From: Octopus vulgaris
Lineage: Eukaryota
Assembly: GCA_951406725.2 (NCBI GenBank)
Contig: OX597817.1
Location: 105,710,001-105,774,000 of the forward strand
Reading direction: 5' to 3'
DNA length: 64,000 nucleotides
Part shown: in pieces, positions 25,886 to 38,942 of the stretch
Numbering within the stretch: the stretch's first letter is position 1
How the letters are laid out: the number at the start of each line of letters is the position of its first letter
Position numbers and translations under genes: made by a program
Notes under the pieces: generated by a model
Seen by the model: only the letters and a program-made list of their open reading frames with translations
Databases searched by the model: none
What the model was told of the DNA's origin: nothing

Positions 25886-26276
25886 ATTTATATATATATA
25901 TATATATATACATGAAAAGAAAAAATAAAACCTTTGGGTTTTACTTCATAAAACCAGCAGTTATCTAAAAAATTAATTGGATAGGAACAAATGCTATTTA
26001 GTGACATTCAGATAATTTAGTAGTTCACTGTGTTTGTACGCTGAAGACAAACAATTATAATGCAGCGAGAAATGTAATGCAATTAACATCACGGATACAA
26101 TAGAAATCAAATGAAACGCATGAACTTTATTAGTTGCAAGCATATTTAATGATTAAAACAATAATCAGCTAATGTAACTTTAATGTTTTTATATTTTATC
26201 TTTTATCTTTAATCTTTTACTTGTCTCAGTTATTAGACTGCGGCCATGCTAGGTCACCGCCTTGAAGGGTTTAGTC

Positions 26277-26603
26277 CAGTGGTACTCACTCAATCAGGGT
26301 CCATATGAGATTTTTCGGGGTCCACACAATAAATTAGAAAATTGGTGACCCACAGTAGTATTATAAGGGCCCTTGAAAAAAATTTTGCTTTAAATGTATG
26401 TATTTATATATATATATTGCAAGAAACAGCTCGGTTTCTTTCTGATGTTTTACATAAGGGAGTGTGTGAAAAAACAAAATAGGAATTTTAAAAGAAGTTT
26501 CTATAAATCTAGCTTTTAAGCATTGTTTGACTGTGGGGGTCCGCCAAGATAAAATAGTAACCAAAGGGATCCACAGATAAAAAAAAATGGTTGAGAACCC
26601 CTG
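26277..26603. mobile_element. hAT (Charlie-like) MITE inside a family B SINE
   Basis: Ends CAGTGGTACTC and GGTTGAGAACCCCTG; 8-bp TSD GTTTAGTC/GTTTAATC. Confidence 0.75.
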
Positions 26604-26736
26604 GTTTAATCTGGTACTACTAATTATATTGGTCTCTACCTATTCCACCAGTTGACAAGAGGTAGTAGATGAGGACAAGCATTGTACAAACACACAATCA
26701 CACACGCATACACACACACACGCATGCACGCGCACA

Positions 26737-26775
<39 letters not shown>

Positions 26776-27657
26776 CCTCTTTCTACCAACGTATACCAAC
26801 ATATACTAAATATGTTATACAACGGAGAATTTTGTGAAGAAATTCTAATCCGATCTTGTTTTGAGTTAAAAGGTTTATGTCAATAATCCCTTTATTTTTC
26901 AATAAATTTCTTTTTATTACTTTCCACTATGTGAAGCAGCAACAATGATATTTTTTTAAACCTTTTCATCAGTGCTAAGCTTTCCGTATGTTTCCCAGAG
27001 ATCGAATACACTTTCTTCTTCTGATTAACTCTTATTATCCCAAGGGTAGAAGGAATGTATCAAAACCTGCGAAATTAGGCGCTCAAATCTGTTTTTATGA
27101 AACTTAGATATTGGTGAAATTTGAACTTCATTTAATTAAAGGATCCCTATTTTCTCGAAAGTTTTACATTTCTAGACATTGGGACGATGCGGAGTCAAAA
27201 ATGGAAGAATTACAATTATGTATGTGTTGTAACCTTGATCAAATCTATTGATTTTACTCCACCACATAACAAAAATAAATGTTTATAAAAATAGTTTTGC
27301 AACAAAAGGATAATACTTTTAGTGTTTTCGTGATTTTTATTTTTTTCAAGTTTGCAACCAAACAAGAAAATATTCAAATGACTACAATAGTCTGATTTTC
27401 TGCCAAAAATGATTCGAATAGCTCTTTGTAAGTGTGTATCACACAATTTAAGCCTGTTGGTTGACAATAATCTGATCTGTGGTAAATAATATGCAAGGCT
27501 TATAGTCGTAGACATTGGGATAAAATGGGTTAAAAAGACTGATTCGTATTTCGTGAAAGTAGCGGGCAACAAAAGATGCTGTCTTCTTAAGAGAACAAAC
27601 AAGCCATGAGCGCTTAAATTTTTCTCCACCTCCGTCTTCCCAATATTCATTTATACC

Positions 27658-27760
27658 AGGGGTCACCAAAGGGGGTTCGAGCGACTCCTTAGGGGTCGAC
27701 GAGGAATTACAGGGGGTCGATGATAGCCAAGAGGTCGAATGGAGGTTGGCATGCGAAAGA
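27658..27760 (+). mobile_element. hAT-like 5' end
   Basis: CAGGGGTCACCAAAGGGGG with repeated GGGGTCGA subterminal motifs; no partner end found. Confidence 0.45.
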
Positions 27761-28017
27761 CAAGGTCACTCAGATGAACTGCTTGAAATACTTAGTCAGC
27801 GCCATGCTCATTCCTCACATTGATGTTATCAGTTTCAATAAAAGATATTCCAGCAATATGATGCGTTTTTCACATTTTTTAACCATGAAAACAATTTCAT
27901 AAAAATTGCAAGTTTAACACTACGCCATATGCTCGTGATGACAAACATCTGTCAAATATAAATAATATAAATAATGCATTGTGACCATTTTTTTCCGCGA
28001 GGCATTTTATAGCACAT

Positions 28018-28773
28018 TGTAACGGTTGGTATTATGATATAGGTTGGAGTTGGCAGTTAGCGATTGTAACGGTGGTTGCTGTTGCAGATTTGTAAGATGG
28101 GCGAAGAACAGTGTTCGAAGTTATAAAGAAATATTTATTTACCGTTACTTGATATAATACCATGCCTCAACAGGCAGGAGTGTGATATAATATAAGTGGA
28201 AGGGCATGCGAGATAAAGGAAGTTAACTTCTTGTATAGTTGGTGTTTTCGTCATTGTGTAGTAGTAACCTACAGATAGAGATGGAGTAAAGTTCTAGAGA
28301 AAAGAAAGTGAGCTAGTGAGAGTGAGAGAGTCGAGGGAAGTTGTCTGAAGTCGCTGATTGTAACCTTCTTTCTCCTTCTGCCCGATTGTCTTTAGTCACT
28401 GCCTGATTGTGGCCATGACTCTAGTTGTGCTCTGTTCACTAACTGATGGTCGCTCTCTCTAATTGATTTTGCCGTACCAAATTCTAGTATTTATAACTAT
28501 CCAAAACCAGCTAGAAGGATAGACATATTGTCGAGAACAATAGATTTCGTTGGTGTACCTATTATCTCAATTCTAACGTTTGGTGGCTTAGAAGAGGTTA
28601 GAAGGGTCAAGTGGCAAAGACATTATTTTGCTGATCGAAGGCATCTGGCAAATGTAACTGCTGTCACTCACAGAAAAACTATTGTTTTACCGTGAGAAAA
28701 GCGCTGTTGAACAGTTAAGCGAAATTTGTCGATCGCGGATTGAGTCCACGCTAGGCCTGCATAAACCACTACA
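28018..28773 (-). mobile_element. Solo LTR (Gypsy-like)
   Basis: TG...CA ends, 4-bp TSD ACAT on both sides, homologous to 52695-53442. Confidence 0.85.
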
Positions 28774-28884
28774 ACATCCACAGCTTGGTATAGGGTAAGT
28801 TATGCTATCTAGAATTGATATTAGGGTTTGTGTATGGTGATATGTTTATGCTATATGTATATATTGATTATGTATAAATGATAT

Positions 28885-28918
<34 letters not shown>

Positions 28919-29184
28919 TAGCAGAGATATCCAGCGTTGCTAGAGATAAAAATGGCATAGTTTTTTATTATTTTAATTGTTTCAGTCATGTGACTGCAGC
29001 CATGCTGGGGCACCACCTTTAGTCGAACAAATCGACACCAGAATTTATTCTTGTAAGCAATTATATAACTGACAAACTAAAAATTACATAACTAAATTAT
29101 ATATCATGACAAACTAAAGTTATATAATTTTAGTTTGTCATGTCTTTATATAGGATGTAAATAACAAAATAAGTTCATATAATC

Positions 29185-29291
29185 TGGACCTGAAGATTGG
29201 CAATATAATCGTTTTAATATGGTATTGTACTTCGAGACCTTCTATTTCAGCAATATTGAGGAATTTGTTGTCATGAAACGCGCGTAGTCTA
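29185..29291 (+). ncRNA. Type I minimal hammerhead ribozyme (PLE-type)
   Basis: Stem I TGGAC/GTCTA; core CTGAAGA; stem II TGGCAATA/TGTTGTCA; GAAA; palindromic CGCGCG stem III; GUA cleavage triplet. Confidence 0.75.
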
Positions 29292-29353
29292 TATAATGTA
29301 AAGTACATGATTTAGAATAAGAATTGAAGGTATTAATTTTGATAATTTTAATA

Positions 29354-29433
<80 letters not shown>

Positions 29434-29559
29434 GGATGAATGAATTATCCTTTGTTTACCGTTAAGATGGAAAATTCAATAATTCAATAAACAGTTACCA
29501 GGGTAGCAAAATTCACGCAGTAACACGGATGAAGTGACCTCTTCATAATAATGATAGCA

Positions 29560-30395
29560 ATAAAACCATGGTTTTGGTCTCTGAGGACAACCCCAACAGA
29601 ATTAAATTTATGTCTAATAATTCTAAAATCAAGAATTCTATATACCAGTGTAAAGTTTCTTGCGGTAACGATGTCTACTTCTACATAGGTGCATCCTCTT
29701 CCCAGTTATCTAAGAGAATTTCAATCATTATACATCATTTAGGGATAGCAGTAAACGCCATAGCACAGGGCTAAGTAAATTGGTTTGGCATCTTAAAGAC
29801 AACAATAAAGATTTTAAGTTAGATTGGTTCATCCTGTCCATATCTTTTCCTTGCGATAAGGGTAAGGGATTTTGTAACATTTGCAACTCTGAACTCTTCC
29901 ATATTCTCTTTTCTAAGAATCACCTTGTTAACACACTTATAGAGCGATCTTACAAATGTAAACACTGGCAGAAACATACCTTTAGCTCATATAAGTGATT
30001 TTGCCAGCCTTTATAGTTTTAACAGTTAGTTTAACTTGCACTTTACTTCAATGGAGAATTCTACTTCTAAGCCTTTGCACATTTGTTCAACCAACGTATC
30101 CCTCTTTATTTGTTCTCTACTTATTATTTCTTTAACCCTTCTCTTTCTAGTATCTCCCTTTGACGTTGAATCTACTAACGTTTTTTTTAAATACTTAATA
30201 ACGTTCTGTTTATCATTTAGGCAGTTATCGTAATTGTTATAATGTCTTGTTGAGATAGGCTCACTTTCTTTCCTGATGAGAAGATTGCATTTTACACCGT
30301 TTATTCCTTTGGAATATAACCAATGTTGTCTTTGAAACATATGTCGAAAGTAAAAGAATTTTAATAACATCTTCGTTCAACTCCATTTATTTACT
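29560..30395 (+). mobile_element. Penelope-like element 3' part: GIY-YIG endonuclease (one frameshift) plus terminal repeat
   Basis: NSIYQCKV..FYIGASSSQLSKRI/NHYTSFRD..TGLSKLVWHLKD..CNICNSE..KCKH, then a hammerhead, ending in (AT)n. Confidence 0.85.
30268..30350 (+). ncRNA. Type I minimal hammerhead ribozyme
   Basis: Stem I CTTTC/GAAAG; CTGATGA; stem II GAAGATTGCATT/AATGTTGTCTTT; GAAA-CATATG-TC (palindromic stem III, GUC triplet). Confidence 0.85.
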
Positions 30396-30415
30396 TATAT
30401 ATATATATATATATA

Positions 30416-31147
30416 TGAGCCCGGAATCTACGCGCCCTCCTGGTCCATAGCACCCTCTCTCCTTCCCCCTCAGCCCCACACGGATCATTCCCGTGCTCTA
30501 GATCCCGCTGCAACACCTGCCCCTTCATCACCAACACCACTGCTGTCACCGGCTCCAACCAGCGAACTGTACGTATCAGACATTCTTTTACGTGCACTTC
30601 GTCTGGCCTCATATACTGTATTAAATGCAACCTCTGCGGAATGCTGTATATAGGACAGACAGGACGCCGTTTGTCAGACTGATTCGCCGAACATCTGAGG
30701 GACGTTCGCCTACGGTCTTTTTCTCCCGTCGCACGTCACTTCCGCTCGGCCAGCCATTCCCCCGATGACATCTCAGTGTTTGGTCTCGCCCCACACAACA
30801 GTCGTCCACTATCTAGGCTCCACTTGGAGCAACGCTACATCTTCACCCTACAAACCACTACCTCACACGGACTCAACACAGTCCCCTCCTCTTAGTGTTT
30901 TTTTTCCGGAAACACACACACGCATACCCACGTATCCACGAACACCCCCACATACCTACTTCCAACACACCTACCTCCAACACACCACACACACACAACC
31001 TACTTGTACGCACACATACTTCCACACCTATACACCCCCCCCCCCACACACATACATACATACGTATACACACATACATACATTCACACATTTAATCACA
31101 CATACATACATACACACACAAACAAACAAACATGCACATACATACAC

Positions 31148-31178
<31 letters not shown>

Positions 31179-31703
31179 TACATACATACACACACATATA
31201 CACACATACACACATACATACATACATACATACATACATACATACACACACACACATACGTACATACGCACATACCTACACATATACACACACACACACA
31301 TACGTACATACATACTTTACATACATACATACACACACATGCACACATACACGCATGCACACACACATACATACATACATACCTACAGACGCACACGTTT
31401 ACACGAATGCACGCACACATACATATATTTGCATCCAGGCGCACCCCCTTTCTTTTGGGTTGAGGGGTTGATGGATCTCGGTTCTTGTGGTGTGGGTGTT
31501 CGGGGGTCCGCGCGCGAGCGCGCTTTGGCACGATCCTGGGGGTGGGGTCGGCCCCATATGCGTGCGTTGTGTTGTTTGTGTGTTGTGTGTGTGGGCGTGC
31601 GTCGTGTGTGTGTGTATACATACATATACACACACATGCATGCATGCACGCGCGCACACCTACATACCTACATACATACACGCACACACACTTACACACA
31701 TAC

Positions 31704-31734
<31 letters not shown>

Positions 31735-31808
31735 TACACACATACACATACATACATACGCAAGACATACATACACACAGACATACACCCATACACTCAC
31801 ACACACAT

Positions 31809-31842
<34 letters not shown>

Positions 31843-33627
31843 GCATACATACACACATACATTACATACGTACACACACATACTTACATACACACGCACA
31901 CGCATACATACACACACACACGCATACATACATACATACATTACATACGTACACACACATACTTACATACATTCATACCTTCACTCATACATACATACAT
32001 ACATACATACATACATACATACACACACACAAACATACACAGACACACACCCATACATACATACACACATACATACACACATACACTTATACACACACGC
32101 CTACACACATACATACACACACATACACACACATATACGCACATACACATATACGCACATACACACATGCACACACACACACATACATACGCACATGCAT
32201 GCATACATGCATACATACACACACATACACGCATGCACACATACATACATACACACACACGCATGCACACATACATACATACACACACATACATACATAC
32301 ATACATACACACACTTCGACACATACATACATACACACACACATACACACACACATACATACATACATACATACACACATACACATACACATATACACAA
32401 ACATACTTACATACACTCATACGGACACACATACACACACACATACCCACACACACACTCGCATGCACGCGCACACACTTGCATGCGCGCGCACACGCAC
32501 ATATACATACATGCATGCACGTACGCCTGTGGGTTCTGGCTATATCCCGGGTTCGTGTCTGGGCCGGCGCGTTGTGCCTGGGGTTTCTCTTACGCCTGTC
32601 ACCGCAGGAGTATTTTCCATCATTCCCTCAGTTGCGAAGTGTTTCCTTGCATGCATATATATACACACACATAAACATATAAGCACACATATAATACCCC
32701 TACATTTTGTACACACACGCACATACATACATACATCCACTCCCACGCACTCACACACACGCATTTACATATATATATACAATACACGCACACACACTTA
32801 CACACGTACAAACACACACGAATTCACATACACACCGACACATACATACACACAACATATACCTCCATGCGCACGCACACATACACATACGTACACACAT
32901 ATAAGCACAGACACACACATACATACGCACACCAAAACATGCGCACACATACGCACGCACACATACGCACGCACGCATACATACATGCACACAATTATAC
33001 ATATACGCACATATAAGCACACACATACACCCACACATACACTTAGTTAAGCACAGTTACTCGCCATACACACAAAAAAACGCACACGTGCACACACATA
33101 CTACAACTAAACACACACACGAGACATATTACACGCACACACATATTCCTTCTTGTTTCTGACCTGTGACTCGCTAGCCTTCGCCCACCATATACACACA
33201 TACACACACACGCACACACTCACACACACACCCTTGTCATCTCGCACACCGTTGCTACTGCTGTTTGCCCTAGCCTTCGCCCACCATATACACACATACA
33301 CATACACGCACACACTCACACACACACCCTTGTTATCTCGCACACTGTTGTTTACCTTCCTTCTCTTTCCGCTCTCTTGTCTTTGAAAACCTGCACCCTC
33401 TTGTTTACTACTTCCGCCTTTTCAGTATGTTGACCTCGTGAAGACCACTTGCATTTTTTTCCCTCTGTCCTCCCACCTCGGGATCTTTCTTTCTCCTATG
33501 TTTCCGACAAAGAGCTCTGCTCGAAACGTCATACCCTCCTTCTTCCCTTTTTTCCTGAGCGCCCAATAATACTTTAATTGTTCCACATCCTCGCATTGTT
33601 GTCTTTTTGTTTTCTTGTTTGGATTAA

Positions 33628-33630
<3 letters not shown>
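30416..33630 (+). mobile_element. Neptune-type Penelope-like element, 5'-truncated
   Basis: RNLRALLV..CSRSRCNTCP..FTCTSSGLIYCIKCNLCGMLYIGQTGRRLSD*FAEH..PVARHF..LEQRYIFTLQT..GLN (30416-30890), a CA-rich tract, a decayed hammerhead near 33504, and (AT)n on both sides. Confidence 0.85.
30910..33330. repeat. Complex (CA)/(TACA) low-complexity tract
   Basis: Source of the long H/T/Y ORFs; not coding. Confidence 0.9.
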
Positions 33631-33679
<49 letters not shown>

Positions 33680-33799
33680 CGCAGGAGTGGCTGTGTGGTA
33701 AGTAGCTTGCTTACCAACCACACATATATATATATTTATATGTGATTGCGTGATCAACAATTGATTTGAATTTTAGACATAACCCTTATTATCTTTTGA

Positions 33800-34950
33800 C
33801 AAATGTTAGGGAAATCTTTTCCCGTTTCCTTGTTTATGTTTATAAAAGCAATTTTTAAACCACTTCTCAGTGAAAGCAATGTGTTCTTTCGTTACTTGGT
33901 TGGATTTTAGCACAATATATTAAGACCCCCGGGTAGTAACTAGCGTTAAATGGGCAGTTGTTTGAGAACAGTATTTACAATTAGAAGTTGGAAAGATTTC
34001 TGGCAATAGAATAATCAAGAGAGGTTATAAATTACTTACAAGAGTAGCTGATCTTAAACAAATTTTCATCAAAATGTTTATAGTATCTATTATATAATGA
34101 AAATGATAAAAGATTAAATTTAAGACGTTTTGGCACTTCAAACTAAACACCGAATTATACAAGATAGTTCATGGTTTTTAAAGGGAAGAGGACCGGTGAT
34201 TTCTAAAGTTCTGTTATCAATTCTAGACAACTCTCACCTATATTTCCATTGTTGTTTTCGTTTAATTCCATATTGTAAATTTCGCTTAATTCCATACTGT
34301 AAATTTCGTTTGAGCTAGGAAGCATTTGTTTTATTTCCAAGCAAACAACGGACTTAACGAATGATACCGAATATATCCTGGAACTTTTTATTTCAACTAA
34401 GAAAACGTTTTCCGTCTAGACAAAAATATAACAAATCCTTCACATCAATAACGTTAAGATCAGTTATTTCTGAGTGGATACCATTCCTTCATAGATCACA
34501 CACCACAACTGAAAACATGCATTTTCGGCCACCACCTCAATAACCAATTTTTCCGCTCTGGGGATCTCTCTCCAAAACGGTGATATATAAAGCATCTATA
34601 ATACCTTCAGGCAACACTGAAAAGAAGTGTCCGATTCTCACAGATAATACGTTCAAAAGCCGATACTGCCAGCATCTACACTCATTTAGGTCACAGGATA
34701 AGGCAAACTGCACCTTGTTTCAATTCAATTGGAAACTCAGGGACTGTAGATCAGAATGTACTCCAACAGCATGAATCAGCGTCGACAAGGCCATTCACTA
34801 TTTCACTGGAGTAAGAAATTGCAGTCTATGCCTAATTGCAAAGATCCACATATTAAAACAACCAATAATATAATAACTCAACCAGTGACCAGAGATTTTG
34901 TCTAGTTGTGGCCACCGGAGGCTATTCATCTTGAAAAGCTTCCATACTCC
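33800..34950 (+). mobile_element. Older decayed Penelope-like element (RT C-terminus and GIY-YIG)
   Basis: PNISWNFLFQLRKRFP..NNVKISY; VIYKASI..NTFKSRYCQHLHSFR..WKLRD..CSLCL..SCGHRR. Confidence 0.7.
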
Positions 34951-35749
34951 TGAAAATTTACGCCTTAACGCTGCAGATAATTACTCCTTGATACTGCAAG
35001 CCTGGACGGAATGCTTCCTATTGCACCACAATTTTTTTAGCGAGCAACTGCAATAATATTCCTGCTTCACTAAATATTCGACCACCTAATCAGTCTTTAC
35101 CAATGAGAAATAATCTAGTAGTTGTTCTGTTTACCGAATATTGCTTAAATGATAACGTGACAAATGCACCTGCTGGTAGCTCTGAGCAGCTACAGAGTGA
35201 ATCATCAACTGATTTTAAATATACGTACGTATTACAAGCACGTGCACACAGACATACACAGCCGGAGAGACAGACACACGTGCACACACAAGCATATCTG
35301 TGTCTATCTATCTTTATATCTGTGGTTGTGTTTGGAGATACTTTATTCTGTAAACGTGTAATTAAATTTTATCATGCTCTAACGTTACTTAATAATTGTT
35401 CATATTTGAGTTATAAGGAGTTATTTTATTGTGAATTGTTTAGAATATTAATTCTTCTAAGTCTATTGTCACATTAAACATTACTTGTTCTTAATCCTAT
35501 CGCTATAATTTCCTTTGAGAATAATACACTCTTTTGAAAGTGAATTTCATTTAGATCTTATACTGTGATATATTATTAACTATTTCGCCCACATGAAGCA
35601 GAAAACAAGCACCGAAGTGTGCGAACTAATTGACAACTTATAATATTGATAACTTATTATTAAATTAATGAGGTGTACTGAATCATTGATAGCCTGACGG
35701 CAATGATTATGGCTGTTATTCAGTATTTTCTGTACGGTTTTTATTTCCC

Positions 35750-38075
35750 GAGCACCCTACAGTTATTCGTTAATTCGTAAGATTTTGTTTTCGAGCAAAT
35801 CATGAATACCTTATGTACTGCCGTATAGTGGTAAGAATTTACAATGTCTGATATTGGCCATAGAATATAAGAACAAAAGCAGTTTTGATAAATTCAGAGC
35901 GTATAATGGACTTTATTACGAGCCATGGACTGAATGCTATCACTTTTGTATTGTTGATGAAATAAGTTTTCAATATTGAGAATGTTTACCAAATGTTTCA
36001 TCGCTTCCAATGGTATCTATGCTTGTTCCTTCTCGAACCACGCCTGGCTCATAAGGGCCGGTTTCCCGGTTTCCTTGGTGTATAGGTTCCCCACCTGGAC
36101 GGGACGCCGGTCCGTCGCGGGTGAGCTGCAAGATGCGGGAGGAAACAGTGAGAGAAAGTTATGGCGAAAGAGTCAGCAGAAGTTCGCCATTACCTTCTGC
36201 CGGAGCCGCGTGGAGCTTCGGTATTTCGCTCATAAACACACACATCGCCCGGTCTGAGATTCGAATCCGCGATCTCTCGACCGCGAATCCGCTGCTCTAA
36301 CCACTAGGCCATGTGCTTCCAATGGTATCTATGCACATATGATATTCTAAGGTTTCACGTAAAGCAAGAACCAAGGTGATTAGGTTTTGACATAAAGTCA
36401 GTTTTACAAGAACACCATTCGACGTTAAGTTTACAGAAAATACAGTCAGCCAAAAGATAACTACATAATAAATTAGGAAAGATGCTTTCCTTATATGTTT
36501 TCTTATGTGGTTTTCTTACAATTACTTAACTACCGAAGAGGTATTTTGACTCTGATCGACAAGATAAAATGATGAAAAAAAGGGTTCATTTCTGCATCAA
36601 GTGATTTTTCTCCAAATACAGTGAAATATTACTTGAAAGATTCGACCCAACAGACGGTTTGGATGTCATCCTTGGTAAGCATTCTCCCTACGAGGAAAAT
36701 GCTAATATTCATAAATACGAAAACCCTCAGCTATAATTAAAAATCTAGTTAAATGCATCAGCAGAAGAATATTCAGTCTATCAGTGAACCGAGTGATCTT
36801 CAACAAGGCTACACCACATCATAAGGAGGCACTAATGAGGATTGTTTGTTCTGGTAAGATAGACGATATGTAAGACTGCTCATCCCAAACTTCAAAACAG
36901 TTTGAAAGTTAAGTTGGTTTAAGCCTCCATTCTATCTATATCTTTTCACTTACTTAGCTAGGAGCAACTTGTTGCTAATTAGATAGCATTTCTCAACTTA
37001 TTGGTATCGGAATTTTGAATCTCAATAACGTCAAGGTTAGCTATTCATACTTAGATGATGTTGTTTCCAACATTCTGCACTACAACAGAAACAAGCACTT
37101 ATCCACTATCTTCAAACTCAGGCTTCACCCTGTAACAAACTGCCTAAATCCTACCAACTCTCTACCGAGAGCATCCCGCTTTACAAAGGGTGTGATCTGT
37201 GGAGACACCCTCATATCTCCCGATGCTATTACTACACAGGCTTAACAGCTAATAATTTCGGGTGCTAGGACAGAGGAAACTTCACCCCCTTATCTCACTT
37301 CATCTGGATACATGGGAACCAAACAAACGATTTCCCCACCATTACATAGAACACCTTTGACTGAGTCTCTCCTTACTTAGCTGGAGTTCGTAATTGCTAA
37401 CTCTGCTTTAATGAGAAACTGTATGTGCTACAACCGCATACACTATCCATCAGCAAGAAGACCGATCTAATGCATTGTTGTTGCCAAAGATAGACCCTGT
37501 TTATGAACTTCATATCATTGACCACTTATAATCCAGAAAAATCAGTTCAGCACAATTGCAGGGTATGTAATCCCTCTTTGCCTATAACGATTATTTCTTC
37601 TCCTGTGTATAATCACTGTGGCCTGCTACTATCTGGTTATAAGTATACCACACATTCATGCCTGATGCACAAACTGATATGTAACTTGATATCACGAAAT
37701 CTACTACGCCACATGGTAACTGTCGTCCCTGGATTATTAAATACTAAAAACCGCTGACTACACGAAGACAATTTACCGTTTACATTACCACGTGGAGCAT
37801 AAAATGGAATGGATTGATGAAACTGCTTCGTCAAAGTATCTATGTGACCTAAAGTGACCAATGGGGACTACTGTAACCTTAAAATAATCTCATTTAGAAG
37901 GCATTTTAATTGTTTTGAAATTCTCTTCACTTCGACTCCGTATATCTGAGAATGTGGGTGTATTCTGTGCCAACAAAATTTTAAGTAATAGAAGCTAAGT
38001 CAACTTGTTATTAAATACTTACAACTCCTACTAAAAGTGATGAGTGCTCCTTTCTTTCGTTTGATCCCCTACTCG
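35750..38075 (+). mobile_element. Highly decayed Penelope-like element (RT remnant)
   Basis: AIIKNLVKCISRRIFSLS..IFNKATP..EAL; SWFKPPF (~36915); NNVKVSYS (~37025). Interrupted by a SINE; boundaries approximate. Confidence 0.55.
36023..36320 (-). mobile_element. tRNA-derived SINE (family C-related tail)
   Basis: Head TGGCCTAGTGGTTAG..GGATTCGAATCTC; GCTTCCAATGGTATCTATGC duplicated at 36003-36022 and 36315-36334. Confidence 0.85.
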
Positions 38076-38942
38076 TGTGTGTGCATGTGCATATATAATA
38101 TAATATAATATAATATAATATAATACAATATGATATAATGTAATGCATATATATATACACACACATACATACATACATACATACATACATACATACATAC
38201 ATACATACATACATACATACATACATACATACATACATACATACATACATACATACATGTAGCTGTGTAAATGCATCCACGCTCATTTATGTATGCATGT
38301 CAGTGATGTGTGTGGTGTCTATATGCATGTGTGTCTGCAATAAACGTGTGCATATGAAGTGTACATGCATGTATGATAATACGATCTGGTTAACATGTTC
38401 GTTCAATTAAAGCACGCTGGAAACTAATGTAATATTGTTCTCGTTGTATAAATTACGTACAGTTCTGTTCATGCAACGGATGTCAAAGCTTGGGAACTAT
38501 GAGAGTTGCAGCTGCAAAGGCTACAGGTTGTGAGTCTTTTCACTGTTGTAATGACTGTCACTGACTGTGTTATTGTGTAGCTGCAATGGATGGCGTATCA
38601 GTTTGCATCGACTACTGGAAATGTCTGTTGATCAGTCGACGACAGGAAATGACCTGTTATTGCCATTCTCGAGTCAGGTGTCGACTTCTCAAAATGGCCG
38701 CTAGTACTACTATCAGCATTACGATTATTGCTGATTGCTTGAAAAGAGTTCATTCAATTTAGCCGTAAATTAGATTTGGAGTTCCCACTTTTTTTCAAGA
38801 GAGATTAGTTACAAGCCTATTGACTGAGAAAAACGCCCTTTAAAGTTTTATATATCAACTAGTCTATGAGCTCATTAAACTCATTAATGTCTGATAATGT
38901 TTTAACGCTTTTTAAATATTAATAAATGCTAATATTAATAAA

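Noticed and set aside
31132-33050. Long 395-521 aa ORFs rich in H/T/Y
   Set aside because: Translations of CA/TACA low-complexity DNA that lacks stop codons in several frames at once; not genes.
37761-37835. Hammerhead relic at the end of the old PLE
   Set aside because: Core reads CACGAAGA and stems I and III do not pair; too decayed to call.
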